Under the pieces are notes generated by a model that saw only the letters and a list, made by a program, of their open reading frames with translations, had not been told where the DNA came from and did not search any database. The position numbers and the translations under genes are program-made. DNA of 63,025 bases, counting the filler, from Nemertoderma westbladi (taxonomy: Eukaryota > Animalia > Xenacoelomorpha): NCBI GenBank assembly GCA_032718475.1. It is 3 parts of 3 records of this genome, joined end to end, with 100 filler letters (N's around TTAATTAATTAA, not from the genome) between each part and the next. Parts side by side here need not be neighbours in the genome. Positions count along the whole stretch, not along the records: positions 23,742 to 45,361 come from JAUCBJ010005032.1; positions 45,462 to 63,025 come from JAUCBJ010004175.1; 1 more part is not named here. One strand, given 5' to 3'. Below are positions 36,875 through 51,468 of this stretch, piece after piece (positions within the stretch are counted from its first letter, which is position 1; every line of letters begins with the position of its first letter).

Positions 36875-38120
36875 GGAATTGGAATTGGAATTGTTTATTG
36901 ACATCAAGATACAGTAAAAATATTAAAAACATAGGCTATACATTAAACGTTACACACAACAGTACAATCGAAACTGAAACAAGTATTTACAAATTTATTC
37001 AATTACGGTAAGGTGTAGCTGTAGGACTTTAAAATTATGGTATTGTACTGTTGTATACTAAAAACAATAGATGAGAAACGGTTTGGTTTGAACAAATAAG
37101 TACTGTTGTATACTAAAAACAATAGATGAGAAACGGTTTGGTTTGAACAAATAAGTTTTTATGGGAGTGCACACTAAAAAGGATCATGATGATGTAGATT
37201 TGAATGTAATTACAAATATTAAAAAAGGGGAACATACAGGCGCATAGGAAGCACAGGAAGGCGCACAGGGAGCATACATACGGGTGCGGAATGATAACGG
37301 TTAACGGTACAGAGCAAAAGATAATGATGCCGGGGATAACCTCATGAGACATAGTCTCGTTTCCATGGGGGTCCCCTTGCTATGCAGTGAATCGATCTGG
37401 CTATAAAATCATTATTGAAACTTAATAAAAAATTAAAAATAAAAAAAAATACAGAACACGGTTACGATACGATTAAAAAAAAAGAATGAGAGTTTTTGTA
37501 GGGATGGTTAAAAAGAATAGATGCATTGTTCTCGGGAGGATAAAAGGCTAAGTAAGTGGGTCTTTCTTTACTTTGTGTTTAAAGGATTCTACTGTGGTTT
37601 TATTTCGTTCGGGAGTTTATTCCACAGGAAGGGTCCTAAGTAAGTAGGAGAAGGCGTGCGTGGCAGTTTTAGTTCTTTTCCGAGGAATGGTGGCGTGCGC
37701 TATGGAGGACCGTGAACGATCGGAGAGGTAGCTAAAAGTTACAAGGGACTGGAGGTAGATGGGCGCGGTTTTCCTGTATACTTTAAACATGTGGGTCAGG
37801 ATGGTTTGATGGACCCGCTCGGTGATGGGGAGCCAGTTTATTCGGATGAAGTGGGTAGAGTCGATGTGGGCGCGCGAGTCGAGATCGAGACAGAAACGGA
37901 TACACTTCCATTGGAGTGCGTCGATGCGGTTACGGAGGCGGCTGGCGGCGCTCAGATACCAAACCGGGGCAGAGGAGTCGATGATCGGCTGGATTAGGGC
38001 GTTACATAGAGTACGCCGTAGTCTGGTAGTGGTTTGTCGAGTACTTGCGAGTTTCTGTGGAGGAATTTCAAGCAAGCATTTCCTCTGCGTATGACGGTTT
38101 GGGCCGAGTCGGCGCCCGAA
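36875..38120 (-). mobile_element. L2/Crack-type LINE 3' end
   Basis: LCNALIQPIID...W...LQWKCIRF...NWLPITERV C-terminus; GGACCCCCATGGAAAC 3'UTR motif; AATAAA followed by a (CAATTC)n tail at 36875-36900. Confidence 0.8.
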
Positions 38121-41100
38121 AGAGTAGCATCGAGGGAGCAGCCCAAGTAATTCACCGTTTCTGAGTTCACTGTCTATCAGTCTATCACCACTGCACATTG
38201 TATTACAGTATTGTCAGATTGTAGGCCTGCCAGTCTGCCAGTGTACAGCTGTATTAGCTGATTAGATTGCAGGACTGTCCACCGTCAGACTGCTGCTGTA
38301 CTCCTGTGTTGAGGTATGACCTGGTGCTGGTACAGTCTGACCAGCTGACAGTGTTATGATAGGCGTTAGCTGGTTACTGGGTTAGGGCTACCAGTATCAG
38401 GGTAGGCCTACTGCAGTACCGGTACTGCGGTAGGCCTATCAATGTTATTCATATCACCCTGCAGCCCTGTCACCAGGACACCAGACAGCCAGAGACCAGC
38501 ATAACAACAGAACAACTGAACAGAACATGCTGACATGACATCATGCTGTCATGAACGATGACAGAATGACGCATTATTTTGCTTGTCAGTAGGTACAGTA
38601 CTGCAGTCAGGCAGTAGGCCTACCTGGTACCGGCCTGCCGCTGCCGGCTGGCCGGTACCGGTACGCTGTACAGTCAGATAGTTCTGCAGTCTGCAGTGTT
38701 GGCCTATGTCAGTACAGCAGTATGTGGTACTGTGGTGTGTGGTGTGGTACAACAAACTGTGGTGTAGCCCATTCAGTCATCAGTGTACAGTGTATCCGGT
38801 AAGGTCTGAAGGTCAAGGTACCGGTAATCAGTATTTCTGCTATACATTTCCATATTTCATCTATTTAAATTTTTTACCGGTCTGGTGGTACTGGTGATTA
38901 TTGAAAACTTTCACAAAAACATTACCCATACACCTGAATCACCTAGCAACAAACGTAAACATAAACAAACAGTAACAACAATATTTCATTTCTGTGGAAA
39001 CACCCAATATCGGTAATTACAGTATGTTTTACGAAGTCCATATAATATTACCAACTTTACTCACAGTCTCAAGAGTCGCCCATGACCTACTATAGATAGA
39101 TATATTACGTCATGAGTCGCCAATAGTTACGGTCTGAATGCATTGAGTTCTTCTTCTTTGTAATATTGGTGCGCTTTGTCTGGTGTGGCCAAATAGTCAC
39201 CAAGACTTTGTGGGTCTTGGTCTTGCAGGCTTGGAGGTTATTAAGAGACATTGACTTGGCTTGGTGTGATTTGAGACTTTTGTTATTTCTTGTTAGTAAA
39301 TGAGCATTCTTATCAGACCTTGTCAAGAATGTTTAAGGCGGGGCTTGATTCATGTGGCACACAGAACGCAGAGTACAGAATTCCTAACATTAGTTTATGA
39401 TGTTATAATATTATGATGCCAGATAGTGGCGCACATTGACTGCCGCAAAGTGGAAATAGTGATCTTCACCGGAAATTGACAGCAAGTGAAATAAAGTCTC
39501 GTTCATTGTTTTGGTTAGTAAACAATGCCACTGTAACCTTCTACTTTCCTTTTAATGTTTAAATTAAATTAAATTAATTATTCAAACCCAATAAACATGG
39601 TACTGTATTAGCGGTCATTTTGCGCCATTGACTCTGTGATGAATAAGCTAATGTAGATACAGTAGTATTAAAAAGTATGCATTTCTTAGTTGCGCCAGTT
39701 TTTTTTAATTTCATTAAGAAATATTAGGGGTTTTAACCAATTTATATTGAAATCATAGAATTATTATTAAGTCAAGTAATTTGGAAAGGAGTGCAAATGC
39801 CAAGGGAAATTGATATACAGTAGAGCTAACATTTAAATCTTGAGTTATGTTTTTGTTTAAAAAAGCGAGATATTACCTTCAGCATCAGCAGATTATACTT
39901 TAACTATCAAATTGGGTGGATCAGACAGGTCACAGTGAGGTCAGTCTCAGTGGTTCAACAGGGAGGGGGTTAACATTAATTACGTTTAGGTGCTTTGTGT
40001 ACTTGGGAATTACCATAAATTAAACACTTTATAAATAACCTAAGGATATGAAACAAAGGAATTTTCCAATAACTCAACATTCTAAACACAGCTGCAGTAT
40101 GGCAACTGTCGTAGGAGCTATCTGTCGTACTTAGTGCCTTTTCGAACTCAATTCAAGAAAATTAAAATTTTTTCGGTTTTCTCTGTAGTAGGAGTTGAGA
40201 TACGGTTTTATACGGTAGCTCTACATATAGAATGGCGTTTTTTCCGATTCATATGTACTTTTACGGGCAGATATAATTCTAAAACGACCCTCCATGGACT
40301 AAATCCTACTCATTTTAAAGACCCTTGGTATAGTTTTACGTAAATGACTTTGAATTGGTAGTCTAACAAACAGTAATTTTTTTTTAATTTTTCTGTTTAT
40401 AGCTATCAATAACCTTCGAAAATGTTACAGTCAGACTCTGAACATATCGCCCATCATGTGAAGAATACCACGATTTCACTTTTGGGTCTACTTTTTATTG
40501 GAATTTTATATATGAAGATGTTTGAATTTTTTAAATTTATCTTTATTAAGTGTTTTATAGCGCTTATTTCTGACTTGTAACCTGTACATATACTAATTCG
40601 TTTATTGTTTTGGTTAGATTCAGTCCTTCTGTGACCTGTATTTTGGGTGAAAACCTGGTATTCTTTACATGGGGGTAACTGCAAATGAAATATAACGGCA
40701 GAAAGTCTGGTATTCTTCACATGGGGTAACTGCAAAGTGAAATATAACGGCAGAAAGTCTGGTATTCTTCACATAGGCCGACCATATGAAGAACCGTGAG
40801 GCGAGTAAGCAGAGATGTGATCCATCAGCGAACGGTTGTAATTTTGCTTATATTGATGCATTTTATTTGATCCTAGACGTTGGACTACTCTAAGGAAACA
40901 TGAAACCTTCGCAAAAAGTCGAAGAACTTAGGAAAGTAAAATAATGAAGAAATTAATACCATCTGGAGATCTACTGTAGCTTCTACAATTACTTGAAGAC
41001 TAAGTTCTTTCGAGCCACAGTGAAATTGCACTTCTATGCGGCATACGGCTGCGTGAGATCTGGACACTGAATAAATGATTTGAACAACAATCAAATTGGT

Positions 41101-41734
41101 GGTTGTTACATATTACAACTAAGGATAACCATAAACAGCAGTTGAAACAACACATGACAAACGCAGAGCTTTACTCGCGGATCTTTTAAAATTGCTCGAA
41201 TTACGCCCTTCAGATATAGGCGTAGGGTTGTTGGGGTTTTCGAGGCTCTACATCTACATGGTGAGCTATCAGCTAAGAGACGTGATTGTTCTATTTCAGC
41301 ACCTTACATTTTATTCCTGTAGATATCTGCAGTTATTTTCACTGAACCAAATAAGGCACGATAAAATAAATGTTTTGTGTGAGTTTAGTATGTATGCGTG
41401 ATTTTATTGTCATCAGTAATCTGATTCATGCCCAACATCAATGAGGATATGTTGAGTGTAATTTGCCATAAAATATTTTCATTAAGAATGGTTAAAACAA
41501 TTAATCCGATCGCTCCATTTTTAGTAATAAAATGTTCTGTTGAAAATGAACAAATTATGTTATTTATTTTCATTACAATTCCCATTACAGGTATTGATTG
41601 TCCCACTTATGTCAGACTTTTACGACAATGTCGGAAACATTCAGTCCGCGGCATGCAGATTTAATGGCAATCATCGTAAGATCCGATTGAAACTACCTTT
41701 TTGAAGTTTTAACTGCCATCTGGTGACTTACGAG

Positions 41735-41997
41735 AAAACGAGCTCTTTAGAGCTTTATATCAATTACATTCTGCCACTACTAGGTCCATCTCCAGGATAA
41801 CGAATTTAGACAAACAGAACCGACACAAAATTAAAGTTACATGTACATGTAACTTAATTACGAAATTAAGTAACTAATGTAATTTAGTTTTCACTATATC
41901 TGACTTACTTACAACTTACTTAATTACTATGTACATGAAGATGGCCCTAGTACTGGTAGGAATTAATTGATATTAAGCTGTAAACAGCTCGTTTTTT
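41735..41997. mobile_element. Degenerate inverted-repeat (MITE) remnant
   Basis: ~60-bp imperfect arms AAAACGAGCT...ATATCAATTA...CTAGGTCCATCT mirrored at ~41938-41997. Confidence 0.5.
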
Positions 41998-44273
41998 CGT
42001 TGAATGTATTTGACTTCCCATACCCATTGCATTTATTTGTCGATTGGTAAATTATATATTAAGATACAACCATGAATTTAAGAGTGATATTCTTGCATAA
42101 GATGTTATAGAATTAATACGATATAGCACACTTTATGTCTTGAATGCAGGACTCTTCTGATTGGATTATAGTGAGTGAAAACGTTCTGGAACACAGCCCT
42201 CGTGGATTGAAATTCGAATTGCTTTTACATATAAAGTCATGTTTCGGTGTAGCCAATGTACCTCAATGAGATATACCTATAATATAAACCTCAATGAAGG
42301 CAGTTGGGCATCAGTCGGATTATTTATTGAAACAATATTGCCAAACTAAATCTTTGAAATCAATTTGTTGCAAAGTTGTTTTAGTTGTTCAGCTTTTTTC
42401 CGCAAGGCTTACGATTGATCAGCCCAAAATATTAATACAATCTATTTATTTTCCTAGCGATATGTGTATTCATAGCGCCTAGAACATCATGAGTGGCGAC
42501 CAACAATTATTTTTTAATAATATTAATAATACTATAATATAACGTATTTCCATATAAGTGCATAGCCTGTACAAATACTTGAAGTTCAATCTTACTTAGG
42601 CCCTACTATTTTACTTACGCACTAAAAACAAAAGTATAAATTATTTACCAATAAGAACGTATAAGTTGTCATGATTGGTTGAGAAAACGTTGAATTGAAG
42701 TAAACTTGATTGATCCTTTCCCATATTTTAAGATCCCTGGGTTTCTCATTGGCTAACATAGTTTCACATCATGATACTTAAAATGATGTCCTTCAGAAAA
42801 AATATCCTTATTGTTAACTTGAGAACTTTATGATTTAAATTTAATATGTAATATAATAATATTATTATAATTAATTATTATTCACAAATTTTATGGTGTC
42901 ATGTAACATGTAGGTCCCTACATGTTACTATTAATTATAAGATTTGTGTGATTTTTTTTTCTAAAAAATGAAGAACAATATTTTAAAAACATATCAACTC
43001 AATCGGAAAGCAGAGTTATTGTAAACTGAAATACAGTAATAGAGTGGGGAGTAGGCCTACTGTAGGCCTATTGAATTGCGGGTCTTACAGTAATGATTTA
43101 GTTATTACAGTTGTACCTCAGGTTTACTTTACTAACCTGAAAGTTCTTTTGGATAAACTTTTAGTTATTCCATTCCGTTTGAAGTTCCAACCAAGTTGCC
43201 CTCGTTTTATACTGTGCGATATTCTACAGTATGAAGCCTCATGAAGTTTTCAATAGGCCAATATTTGATTGTTGGTATAAAAGCATTGTAGGCCTACGTA
43301 CAGTATAAGCATTAAACCGGTTTTGAGCAACATTATGGTTGATTTATTTTTCCAAGTTTTCGAATTTTTGCCGTCCGGAGTCATTAATTTTCGTGTAAAT
43401 AGATACAGTTATAGTAAGTACATCTAACAAAGTTATTTAATATTTTAACCCTCAATAACAAATTTAGTGAGCTGGTTTCTCATGGAATCGTATACAGCAG
43501 CAGCCAATGTGACCTTTAGTAGTGTGGCGAGTGGAGTGACACGAAGCAAAGGAAAGCGACGTGTTGGATACAGGTTGTATAGTCAGAATGAAGTTATTTC
43601 GGCAATATCGAGCAGTTGTTTGTCTCTCTGTCGCGGTTGGTTGGTGAGTCGGTCTATCTGTCTGTTTTCCTTACATGTCTCTCGGTCTTGTTTAATGTTT
43701 GAACGTCCCTCTGTCAGAATGATAATGTACTTGCCTATTTGACACTTTCCCTGATCTAAAAACTAACATCCTAAAAAGTTCACTGACTTCCCGATGTCCC
43801 TAGTATGTCATATTATTGAACTTTAAATATATTATTATTGTATTTACATCATTTACAAATTCCAAAATTCAAAAACATTCCAACGGTATAGGGATGTCTA
43901 ATCATAAATTTGCGTCTGAGAAATTTCCTTGTATAAGAACCTGCGTTGTATTCAGAGATAATAACCGGAGGCTACTGCTGCATTACTCAATAGGGTCTCC
44001 AACACAGGAAACATTATTGCTTATTTCGAGTTGTGATATCCAACCTGTCAGTATTGGTGGTGAACAGGGATTGTTTTCGTGTAGCAATCAATGGGTAATT
44101 TGTTACCTGACATGTGGTAACTTATCGGTCTGCTGTGAAACGGAATGGTGTGACTTATTTTTGTGTGGTAACCATTAGTTCACTTCCTCTAAACACTCAA
44201 GTATCAGTTTATAATTTGTAAATTTTCCATGTTATTGTTTAATTGCTTTATAATGACTTTCATATCATCTCAC

Positions 44274-44512
44274 CAGATAGGGGGGAAACTGGACGCAATA
44301 AAAATTCATCCCTCTCCAGGGGAAATTCGACGCAAATAACAGCTGATTACTCTAGAAAATAAAACTGTAACCTGTTCAATTGTGTTTAGTTTATTGTTTT
44401 GGTAAAAATAACGTGCCACTGTAACCTGCTCCTTTCCCTAAATTTAAAATTTAACATTGAGGCGGGATATTAATTCGCCAAGGCGGGATTTGCGTCCAGT
44501 TTCCTGTGTCTC
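44274..44512 (-). mobile_element. P-element-like MITE, second copy of 18308-18549
   Basis: Collinear reverse-complement match over the full length. Confidence 0.75.
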
Positions 44513-44927
44513 CATTTTAACATTTTTATTTCATATGCATTGTGTAATGTAATGTTATTTAATGTAATGATTTCTAATATATTAATTTTTACTGTGCGTT
44601 TTCGCCTATACCATCATGGCAAGTGTATATTGCGCTATATAAATACACAAATTATTATTATTATTAATTATTATAATACTTATAAAATCTATACTAATAA
44701 AATTTATTGTTATATTTTATTCAATTTCAAGTAACGTAGAAGTCTGTGAATGTCGGAATGTGGAGTGAATGTGTCCAAAATGAGAACCTTCTTGGGCCAA
44801 TTACGGACAATCTGGCATCTGTTTCGCATCTACCCTGAAATTCGACTTCTTCACAGCTCCATCCTGATAGTTAGAAATCATTGTATTATATTAACTATAA
44901 GTTAATACGGAAAACACAGACAAATTT

Positions 44928-45361
44928 ATGTCCGGACACATTCTGGACAGTGTCGATATACAGACAGTACGGACACAGAGTGTAGGCTTTCAGGATATAG
45001 ACATTAGACAGTCCGGACACAGAGTGTACAGTGTCCGATACAGACAGTTCGGACACAGAGTGTACGGTGTCCGATACAGACAGTCCGGGCACAGAGTGTA
45101 CGGTGTCCGATACAGACAGTTCGGACACAGAGTGTACGGTGTCCGATACAGACAGTCCGGACACAGGGTGTACGGTGTCCGATATAGACAGTCCGGACAC
45201 ATAGTGTACGGTGTCCGATACAGACAGTCCGGACACAGAGTGTACGGTGTCCGATACAGACAGTCCGCACACAGGGTGTACGGTGTCCGATACAGACAGT
45301 CCGGACACATAGTGTACGGTGTCCGATATAGACAGTCCGGACACATAGTGTACGGATGTCC
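44928..45361. repeat. 36-bp minisatellite running into the gap
   Basis: Unit GTGTACGGTGTCCGATACAGACAGTCCGGACACAGA. Confidence 0.95.
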
Positions 45362-45461
45362 NNNNNNNNNNNNNNNNNNNNNNNNNNNNNNNNNNNNNNN
45401 NNNNNTTAATTAATTAANNNNNNNNNNNNNNNNNNNNNNNNNNNNNNNNNNNNNNNNNNNN
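45362..45461. other. Assembly gap with an artificial TTAATTAATTAA spacer
   Basis: N-runs flanking TTAATTAATTAA. Confidence 0.97.
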
Positions 45462-45859
45462 CACATCACCATCCTGACTCTACTACTATCATTGGTGTGC
45501 CAACTCAATTTATAAGATTGCTTTCTATGGCCATAACCTATTGGTTTAAACAAATGAATAAAAGGCATGGTGTTGCAGAAAAACTACAGTATAAGCCTTT
45601 TTAACGAACTGTTACAATTATACTTTGGCTAGTTATATATTTGCTACTGACACAAAAAACCCCTTTTAGAAATACAACCACCATAAAACAACCACCATGT
45701 AATTCTCATTGACATAAAACAACCACCATGTAATTCTCAACAACATTAAAACAGCTTTTTAAAATTTGCAATCTTCGGAAAACACATATAAAGTTTATGG
45801 GTTACGGTAATTTAATTAAGTGTATTGAAATGTTAGAATGCACACAACCCAGCTGACAA

Positions 45860-46560
45860 CCCAGCTAAAAATGTTGTTGCAAGGGTTTTCCAGGTCGGTC
45901 ATTTCATTTCTAAAGTCAGTTTTATCATTTTACAGCGTCATGTCTGTCTGAATTGCTGTCTGTCTGTCCGTCAAAATATAACCGACAGCTGAACAGACAA
46001 TGTATGTGGATGACGTCAAATATGAAAACTGGCATCGGAAATGAAATCACCAACCATGAAAACCCCCATAACAAAATTTTTAGCTAGTTGGTATGCATTC
46101 CTATTACTTTGACAGACAGATCGTTGGACTTATAAAGAATAACCGACAGGACATAGTAGGTTTTGTTAACTTACAAGTGACCTCGGACATAAAATCGGCA
46201 ACCGGGATAACCCCATAACAAAACTTTTAGCTTGTTGGAATGCTTTCTTTTCTATTTTGACAAGCAGATAGGCGGACAGACTGACCGACAGACATAATAG
46301 ACTTTGCTAAAAATGAAAACAGACTATGTAAATGAAGTCAGCACCAAGAAAACCACAACAAAAAATGTTTTAGCTTGGTGGTGATTTCCTTATATTTTGA
46401 CAGACAGATCGTCGGACTGTACAGAAAGACAGACAGACATAATAGTTTTCGTTAAAAGCGAAAACTGACGCCTGGAATGAAATCAACGACCAGGAAATCC
46501 CCCATAACAAAATTTTTAGCTAAGATGAATGTATTTGTTACAATATTTTTACAGACGAAC
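45860..46560. repeat. Degenerate ~150-bp tandem repeats with GACA microsatellites (possibly Helentron/DINE-1-like)
   Basis: AAATC...AACCCCATAACAAAATTTTTAGCT...TTTGACAGACAGATCG recurs about four times. Confidence 0.5.
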
Positions 46561-47800
46561 CCTCAGAAATACAATCGGTTTGAAGTTTTGAAATCCTCAT
46601 CAAAATCTGCAACAAGTGCGATTTAAAATGAAAAATCTATCTCTTTGGGAATTAGTCACCCCCCCCCCCCCCCCCTTAAAAATACTAAAGGACGCGAAAA
46701 TTCACGGATTTGGATAGTAAGAGAAATCGAAACGTAATAAAATTGAATGCTAAATTTTTTTTCTATATACATACATTTTAGACCCGATGGTTGCAATGGT
46801 TTTGAGGATATGCTGCAATCGTGAGCGAGAAGAATGCTCTTGGGGGGAGATTTGACCTATACAGTGAAAAATGCGAAAAAAAAGTTAAAAATAGTAATTA
46901 ACTTTAGGGAAGAGGCCAGCCCGTATATGATAAAAATGGATGTACAGGCAAAAGTATTGTGTAAGCTGCTATATATATATATATAGGCCGAAGTGAAAAA
47001 AACAATGATTGAAAAACATTAAAAATGTGGTAAATCACAGAATATAATTATCTGGTTATATTGTTTTTTTCTTATTTATAAACGTTTCAGACCAGTGCAA
47101 TCATACAGCAATACGTACCTTAATCGAATCGTCAGAGTATGTAAAAAATATGTCAATTTTTCGATATAGAAATGATATGTGTGGGTGAATGATATTCTTT
47201 GTAGAGTGGTTGCGAGTGTTCCATGTAGTGAGTGATTGAAGGTTATTGATCTAATTACCGGTAGTTTATTTATTGAAGTGAGGGGGTGGGAGTGGGGGGT
47301 GGGGGTGGGGGGGGGGGGGGGGGGGGGATGGCATATTTTACTTTTGACTTATAGTATTGACTATTGAGAAATGGTGGTAACTGAGTCAAGTTTAAGCGAC
47401 GTGAAAGTAAATGAATAAACAGAGGTAATATTTGGACTGGTCTTATTTTTATCAAATAGGGTCGCCAGACTTTAAGACAAAGATTTTCCAAGACTTCTTA
47501 GGACAGAAGGGATAATCTGTTGTTGATCGAGTGATTAATTACCTGCGGGAGGTCAAAGGTCAAAGCTGCTAGTTTATAGTTTCTGTATTGATCGATTACC
47601 CTAGAAATAACCACCCATCCGACATTATAAGGACAATCGATTCCCCGTCACTATACAATAATATTAAAACATTTTATTTAGCCATAGTTAGTATTATAAT
47701 AAATTAGAAACTGAAAACTTTAAAAGATTTGTAACTCATATATATTATTTATTGAAACAAAGCAACATAAACCGTGAGAGATGGACGCTGCAGCACCACT

Positions 47801-49363
47801 CTAGTGCTGGTCATTGTACTCCCAGAAATCTTGGTCGTATCCTTCGTAAACATGTTGCAAAAGAACCTTACAACGAGTCTCGCAATACCGATGTTTGTCC
47901 TGCACCCTCTGTTTGATATCGGATATGTTATCCTCTGTGATCTCTCTCTCCAGATACTCGGATAACATCTCCGTTGCCTGTTCCAAGTCCCGCTGATTGT
48001 CCTCGAATATAATGGAATTGTTGTTACGTTTCAGATAGTAAGCGAACGCGTAGGTGTACATGAGTGTCTGCCGACACGTACACAGGACGTCCACAGCCTT
48101 CTTAAGGAATTGCACTTCGATCCAACTCATGTTGTGTTGCTGTAGACCCTCCATTTTTTCAGTAATGGTGGTGTAGAGTTTGTGTTCAAATTTTAGGCTT
48201 TGGAGGTGGTTGAGGTAGCGGTTGCAGTAGAACAGGTAGCGCTGGAGACTCTTCCTCGAACGGTCTTGGGTGCCGCGAGCGGACTTGGCGTCCATCTCAT
48301 CGAATCGGTTGCAACTGTACCAGGAGGAGCCGTGCGGGTCCCACGGACCCAGACAGACCCAACAGAAATCGGCCTTGCACGCCCGGTTGCGGCACACCAC
48401 GTGGTTGCAGCCGCCATCCTTCTCTATCGTCACGTGACACTTGGGACACTCCTTGGTGTTGGCCGCTATCCAGTTGGAAGTCTCGCTGTCGTCTTCGCAC
48501 TTCTTCAACCATTTCTTCAGCCACTTGCAGAGCACAGGTTCGTGCCAGAGCTGCTGGCACCTGAAGCAGAAGCGATGGCCGCACACGCACTCGATGCAAC
48601 GCATGTCGACGTAGGGAGCGCTGACCGCGTTGGGACAGTCTGGAGCTGGACACCACTGCATCAATGGGTTACACTGAACGAAACTCGCCGTAATCAGACG
48701 TTGGTACGTCAACTTCACGTGTTTGTCGGTAATCAATTTCATTACCATGGAATCATCGACGGATACGTTACAGCTGTAAGCGGCACAGGAGATTGTTAGG
48801 CCCATACCTTCGTCGACTATCTTCGTGGTTAGGTACGATTCCCAGCAGGATAAACAGAACATATGACCACAGTCTAATCCCGCCATGTTCCTTACCGACA
48901 ACTCATCACAACAAATGTTACATGTTTCGGTGACTACCGGTTGAACGGGTTTGGCATGGCTGGAGGAATCCATTCTCCCGAAACCGATCACCCGATCTGG
49001 ACTCACCACATTCGCCTCCACCAGTAACTTCGCCGAGTCGCCGCCGTAATAATTCTCCATCAACTTCTCTTTGTCCCATTTGAAATGATGCAGTAGGATT
49101 CGTATAGTTGTAGGCGGTAATTGCACTACTGCATTCACATCCTTGATGCATTGTACCATGCTGTCTAAGATCATCTGCGGCGACAGTATCTCGTAATTAA
49201 AGTCATCATCTGTACCAGTGCCAGGAGGTTTGCTCCGAACTTGTATACCCATATCGTCGCCACTGTCGGCAAACTCCAAATCGCTACCGGTATTCGCCTC
49301 TGAATTGGACTTCGAAGCCTCAGAAGTGGCACTGGATTCCATAAAAAGGTCGTCATCGTCCAT
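47801..49363 (-). CDS. ARIH1: Ariadne-1-like RBR E3 ubiquitin ligase, 520 aa, single coding exon
   Basis: Acidic N-terminus, UBA-like [18 protein letters not shown]1, IBR, Rcat [21 protein letters not shown] and Ariadne domain; first ATG at 49363 (the ORF track starts at a TTG). Confidence 0.96.
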   Translation of the reverse strand: MDDDDLFMESSATSEASKSNSEANTGSDLEFADSGDDMGIQVRSKPPGTGTDDDFNYEILSPQMILDSMVQCIKDVNAVVQLPPTTIRILLHHFKWDKEKLMENYYGGDSAKLLVEANVVSPDRVIGFGRMDSSSHAKPVQPVVTETCNICCDELSVRNMAGLDCGHMFCLSCWESYLTTKIVDEGMGLTISCAAYSCNVSVDDSMVMKLITDKHVKLTYQRLITASFVQCNPLMQWCPAPDCPNAVSAPYVDMRCIECVCGHRFCFRCQQLWHEPVLCKWLKKWLKKCEDDSETSNWIAANTKECPKCHVTIEKDGGCNHVVCRNRACKADFCWVCLGPWDPHGSSWYSCNRFDEMDAKSARGTQDRSRKSLQRYLFYCNRYLNHLQSLKFEHKLYTTITEKMEGLQQHNMSWIEVQFLKKAVDVLCTCRQTLMYTYAFAYYLKRNNNSIIFEDNQRDLEQATEMLSEYLEREITEDNISDIKQRVQDKHRYCETRCKVLLQHVYEGYDQDFWEYNDQH

Positions 49364-50071
49364 GACCTCCTGTTCCAATTAATAACACGTATTATATTTA
49401 GAAAAAATCGCAACACCCATTTCTAGCGACAACGTATCAAATCAACTCAACAGTCTGTCTTCTTCATTTTAATTAATTTTATATGTTACATAAATATATA
49501 TAATTATTAAATAACGGTAAAACTTAGTTACATTACAGGATTACACAGAGATATACGATACGTGGGAGCTTGGGCTGACAGCAGTAGGCCCTACCTAGGA
49601 CAGTTACAGTAGGAGTATGGCCTAATATTCCAATAGGCCTAGGCCTATCGCCTATGGCAGTATGGAAGTGCAAAGTTAGAGTTATCTTCATTAATTGACT
49701 TAAATTGGGATTGTTGGTCAGGCACAAGCCATATTTAAATGTACCTAGGTGCCCTGCAGCCGGTAGTACAGCAGTTGAGCAGTAGGTGGTAGCAGGGTAG
49801 GGCTGTACAGCTGCAGGGTAATTAATAATTAAAGGTACCGTAAAATAGGGCTACTTTGCCCAGTGGGGTAACTTTGCCCGATCCTTTCTTGGTCAATATA
49901 AACAGTATTTGCCACCAATTAATTAATTATTAATTTTTGTACTATTGTGTAGAACAATAATTGTAGATTATAAGAGTATACCGTTACAGTGATAATTATA
50001 CACAATAATTTATTTATCATCGTGTTTATGTTGCTCATCAAAAATGACAAAATTTTAACCTCCCAAACTTC

Positions 50072-50294
50072 AGTTATAGTTCATATCCGTACCGATGGTA
50101 TTTTCGTATTGCAAAAATAAGACTATAAGTATGAAATACCCTATGTTATTGAGATAATGTTTATTGTTTTGGTTAGAAAAGCCCACCACTGTAACCTGCT
50201 CCTTTCCGTTAATTAAGTAATGGAGATTAGTTTATTGTTTTGGTTAGAAAACACCACCACTGTAACACCATCGTTACGCATATGAACGATAACC
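50072..50294. mobile_element. Merlin-like MITE, copy 1
   Basis: Ends AGTTATAGTTCATAT ... ATATGAACGATAACC; 8-bp TSD CAAACTTC. Confidence 0.8.
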
Positions 50295-50638
50295 CAAACT
50301 TCAACTTGCAAAAATTATTTGTCAACCCCCCACACCATCAAATCAGTTTTATATCAAATTCACAGTTATTCAGCAATAATAAAATCAAAGCTTCAGTCCT
50401 CAACGATTAACCAACTTGATGTAAAATTTACTTTTATGCAACGACACCCAAATTTTATAAAAGGCGGACAACTTTGCCAACCTTAACATTTAATACAATA
50501 TAATACTACTGTACTACCGTATGGGACTTGTTGGATGTTAGGCCTATATAGTAATTGTAGGTAAAGTAGGCCCATGTATGGTTCTGTTTCTTGACAGCTT
50601 AATGTTTCAAATCTTTTCAAGGCCTACCGCCTACCTAT

Positions 50639-51468
50639 TAGGGTTCGACCGGAGCTATTTTTTTTGCCGGAGCCGGGTACCGGACCGGAGCAACCTAAAA
50701 GTGCCGGAGCCGGGGCCGGAGCCGGACCGGAGCAACATTGTTTGTTATTTAACCTTGACACTTGAATTTGCCGGGGGGGGGGGGGGGGGGGGGGGCTCTT
50801 TACTGCTTTACATAATCAATTAACGGATATCTATCTGTCTATCTAGTACGGTAGTAATAGCAAAGATCTACAGACTGACAGACCTATACCTGTATAGGCC
50901 TACTGAGTACTGATATAATATAATCTATATTCTATATACGGTCATTCGGGTACTGCGACTGCCTGACAGCTGGACAGCCTGGCCGATGTACTAGCTAACT
51001 GGCAGACTGGATTGGAATGGAACTAATTCTGTTACTGCAGTACTGGTAACAATTAAAGTTAGGTCTTGTAGTCTTGAGTAAGTGGAAGACTGTCAGTCGT
51101 CAGACTCATACAGTCATACTGTCATAGGCCTACAGCTGAGCTGTACAGCGAAAGACAGTCAGACAACAGGACAATGCAACAGCAATAGGCAGATAGGCCT
51201 ACAGCCTACCACCTACGGCCATACCGTAGGCCTAATACATTCGGCAGTACAGTCTGTGGTCTGCCAGTCAGCCAGTAGACATTGATAAGTTCGCAGACGG
51301 ACGTCCGGTGTCTGGCTGTATGTTTGCCTTGCCTATCCATGTAGCTATGCATCGTGCAGCACAAATACTTTTTGCCGGAGCTCCTGCACCTAATTTGACC
51401 GGAGCCGGACTGGAGCCGGACATGCCAAGTCCGGCCGGAGCCGGAGCCGGAGCTCCGGTCGAACCCTA
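50639..51468. mobile_element. hAT MITE with CCGGAG subterminal motifs
   Basis: Perfect 17-bp TIR TAGGGTTCGACCGGAGC; TSD CTACCTAT/CTACCTAC. Confidence 0.88.

Noticed and set aside
37044-37155. 56-bp tandem duplication (similar ~53-bp duplication at 40655-40775)
   Set aside because: Ordinary local duplications with no further structure.
44895-45413. Cys-rich and other repeat ORFs on both strands
   Set aside because: All derive from the 36-bp minisatellite.
48200-48799. 199-aa plus-strand ORF
   Set aside because: Antisense shadow of the GC-rich ARIH1 coding region.
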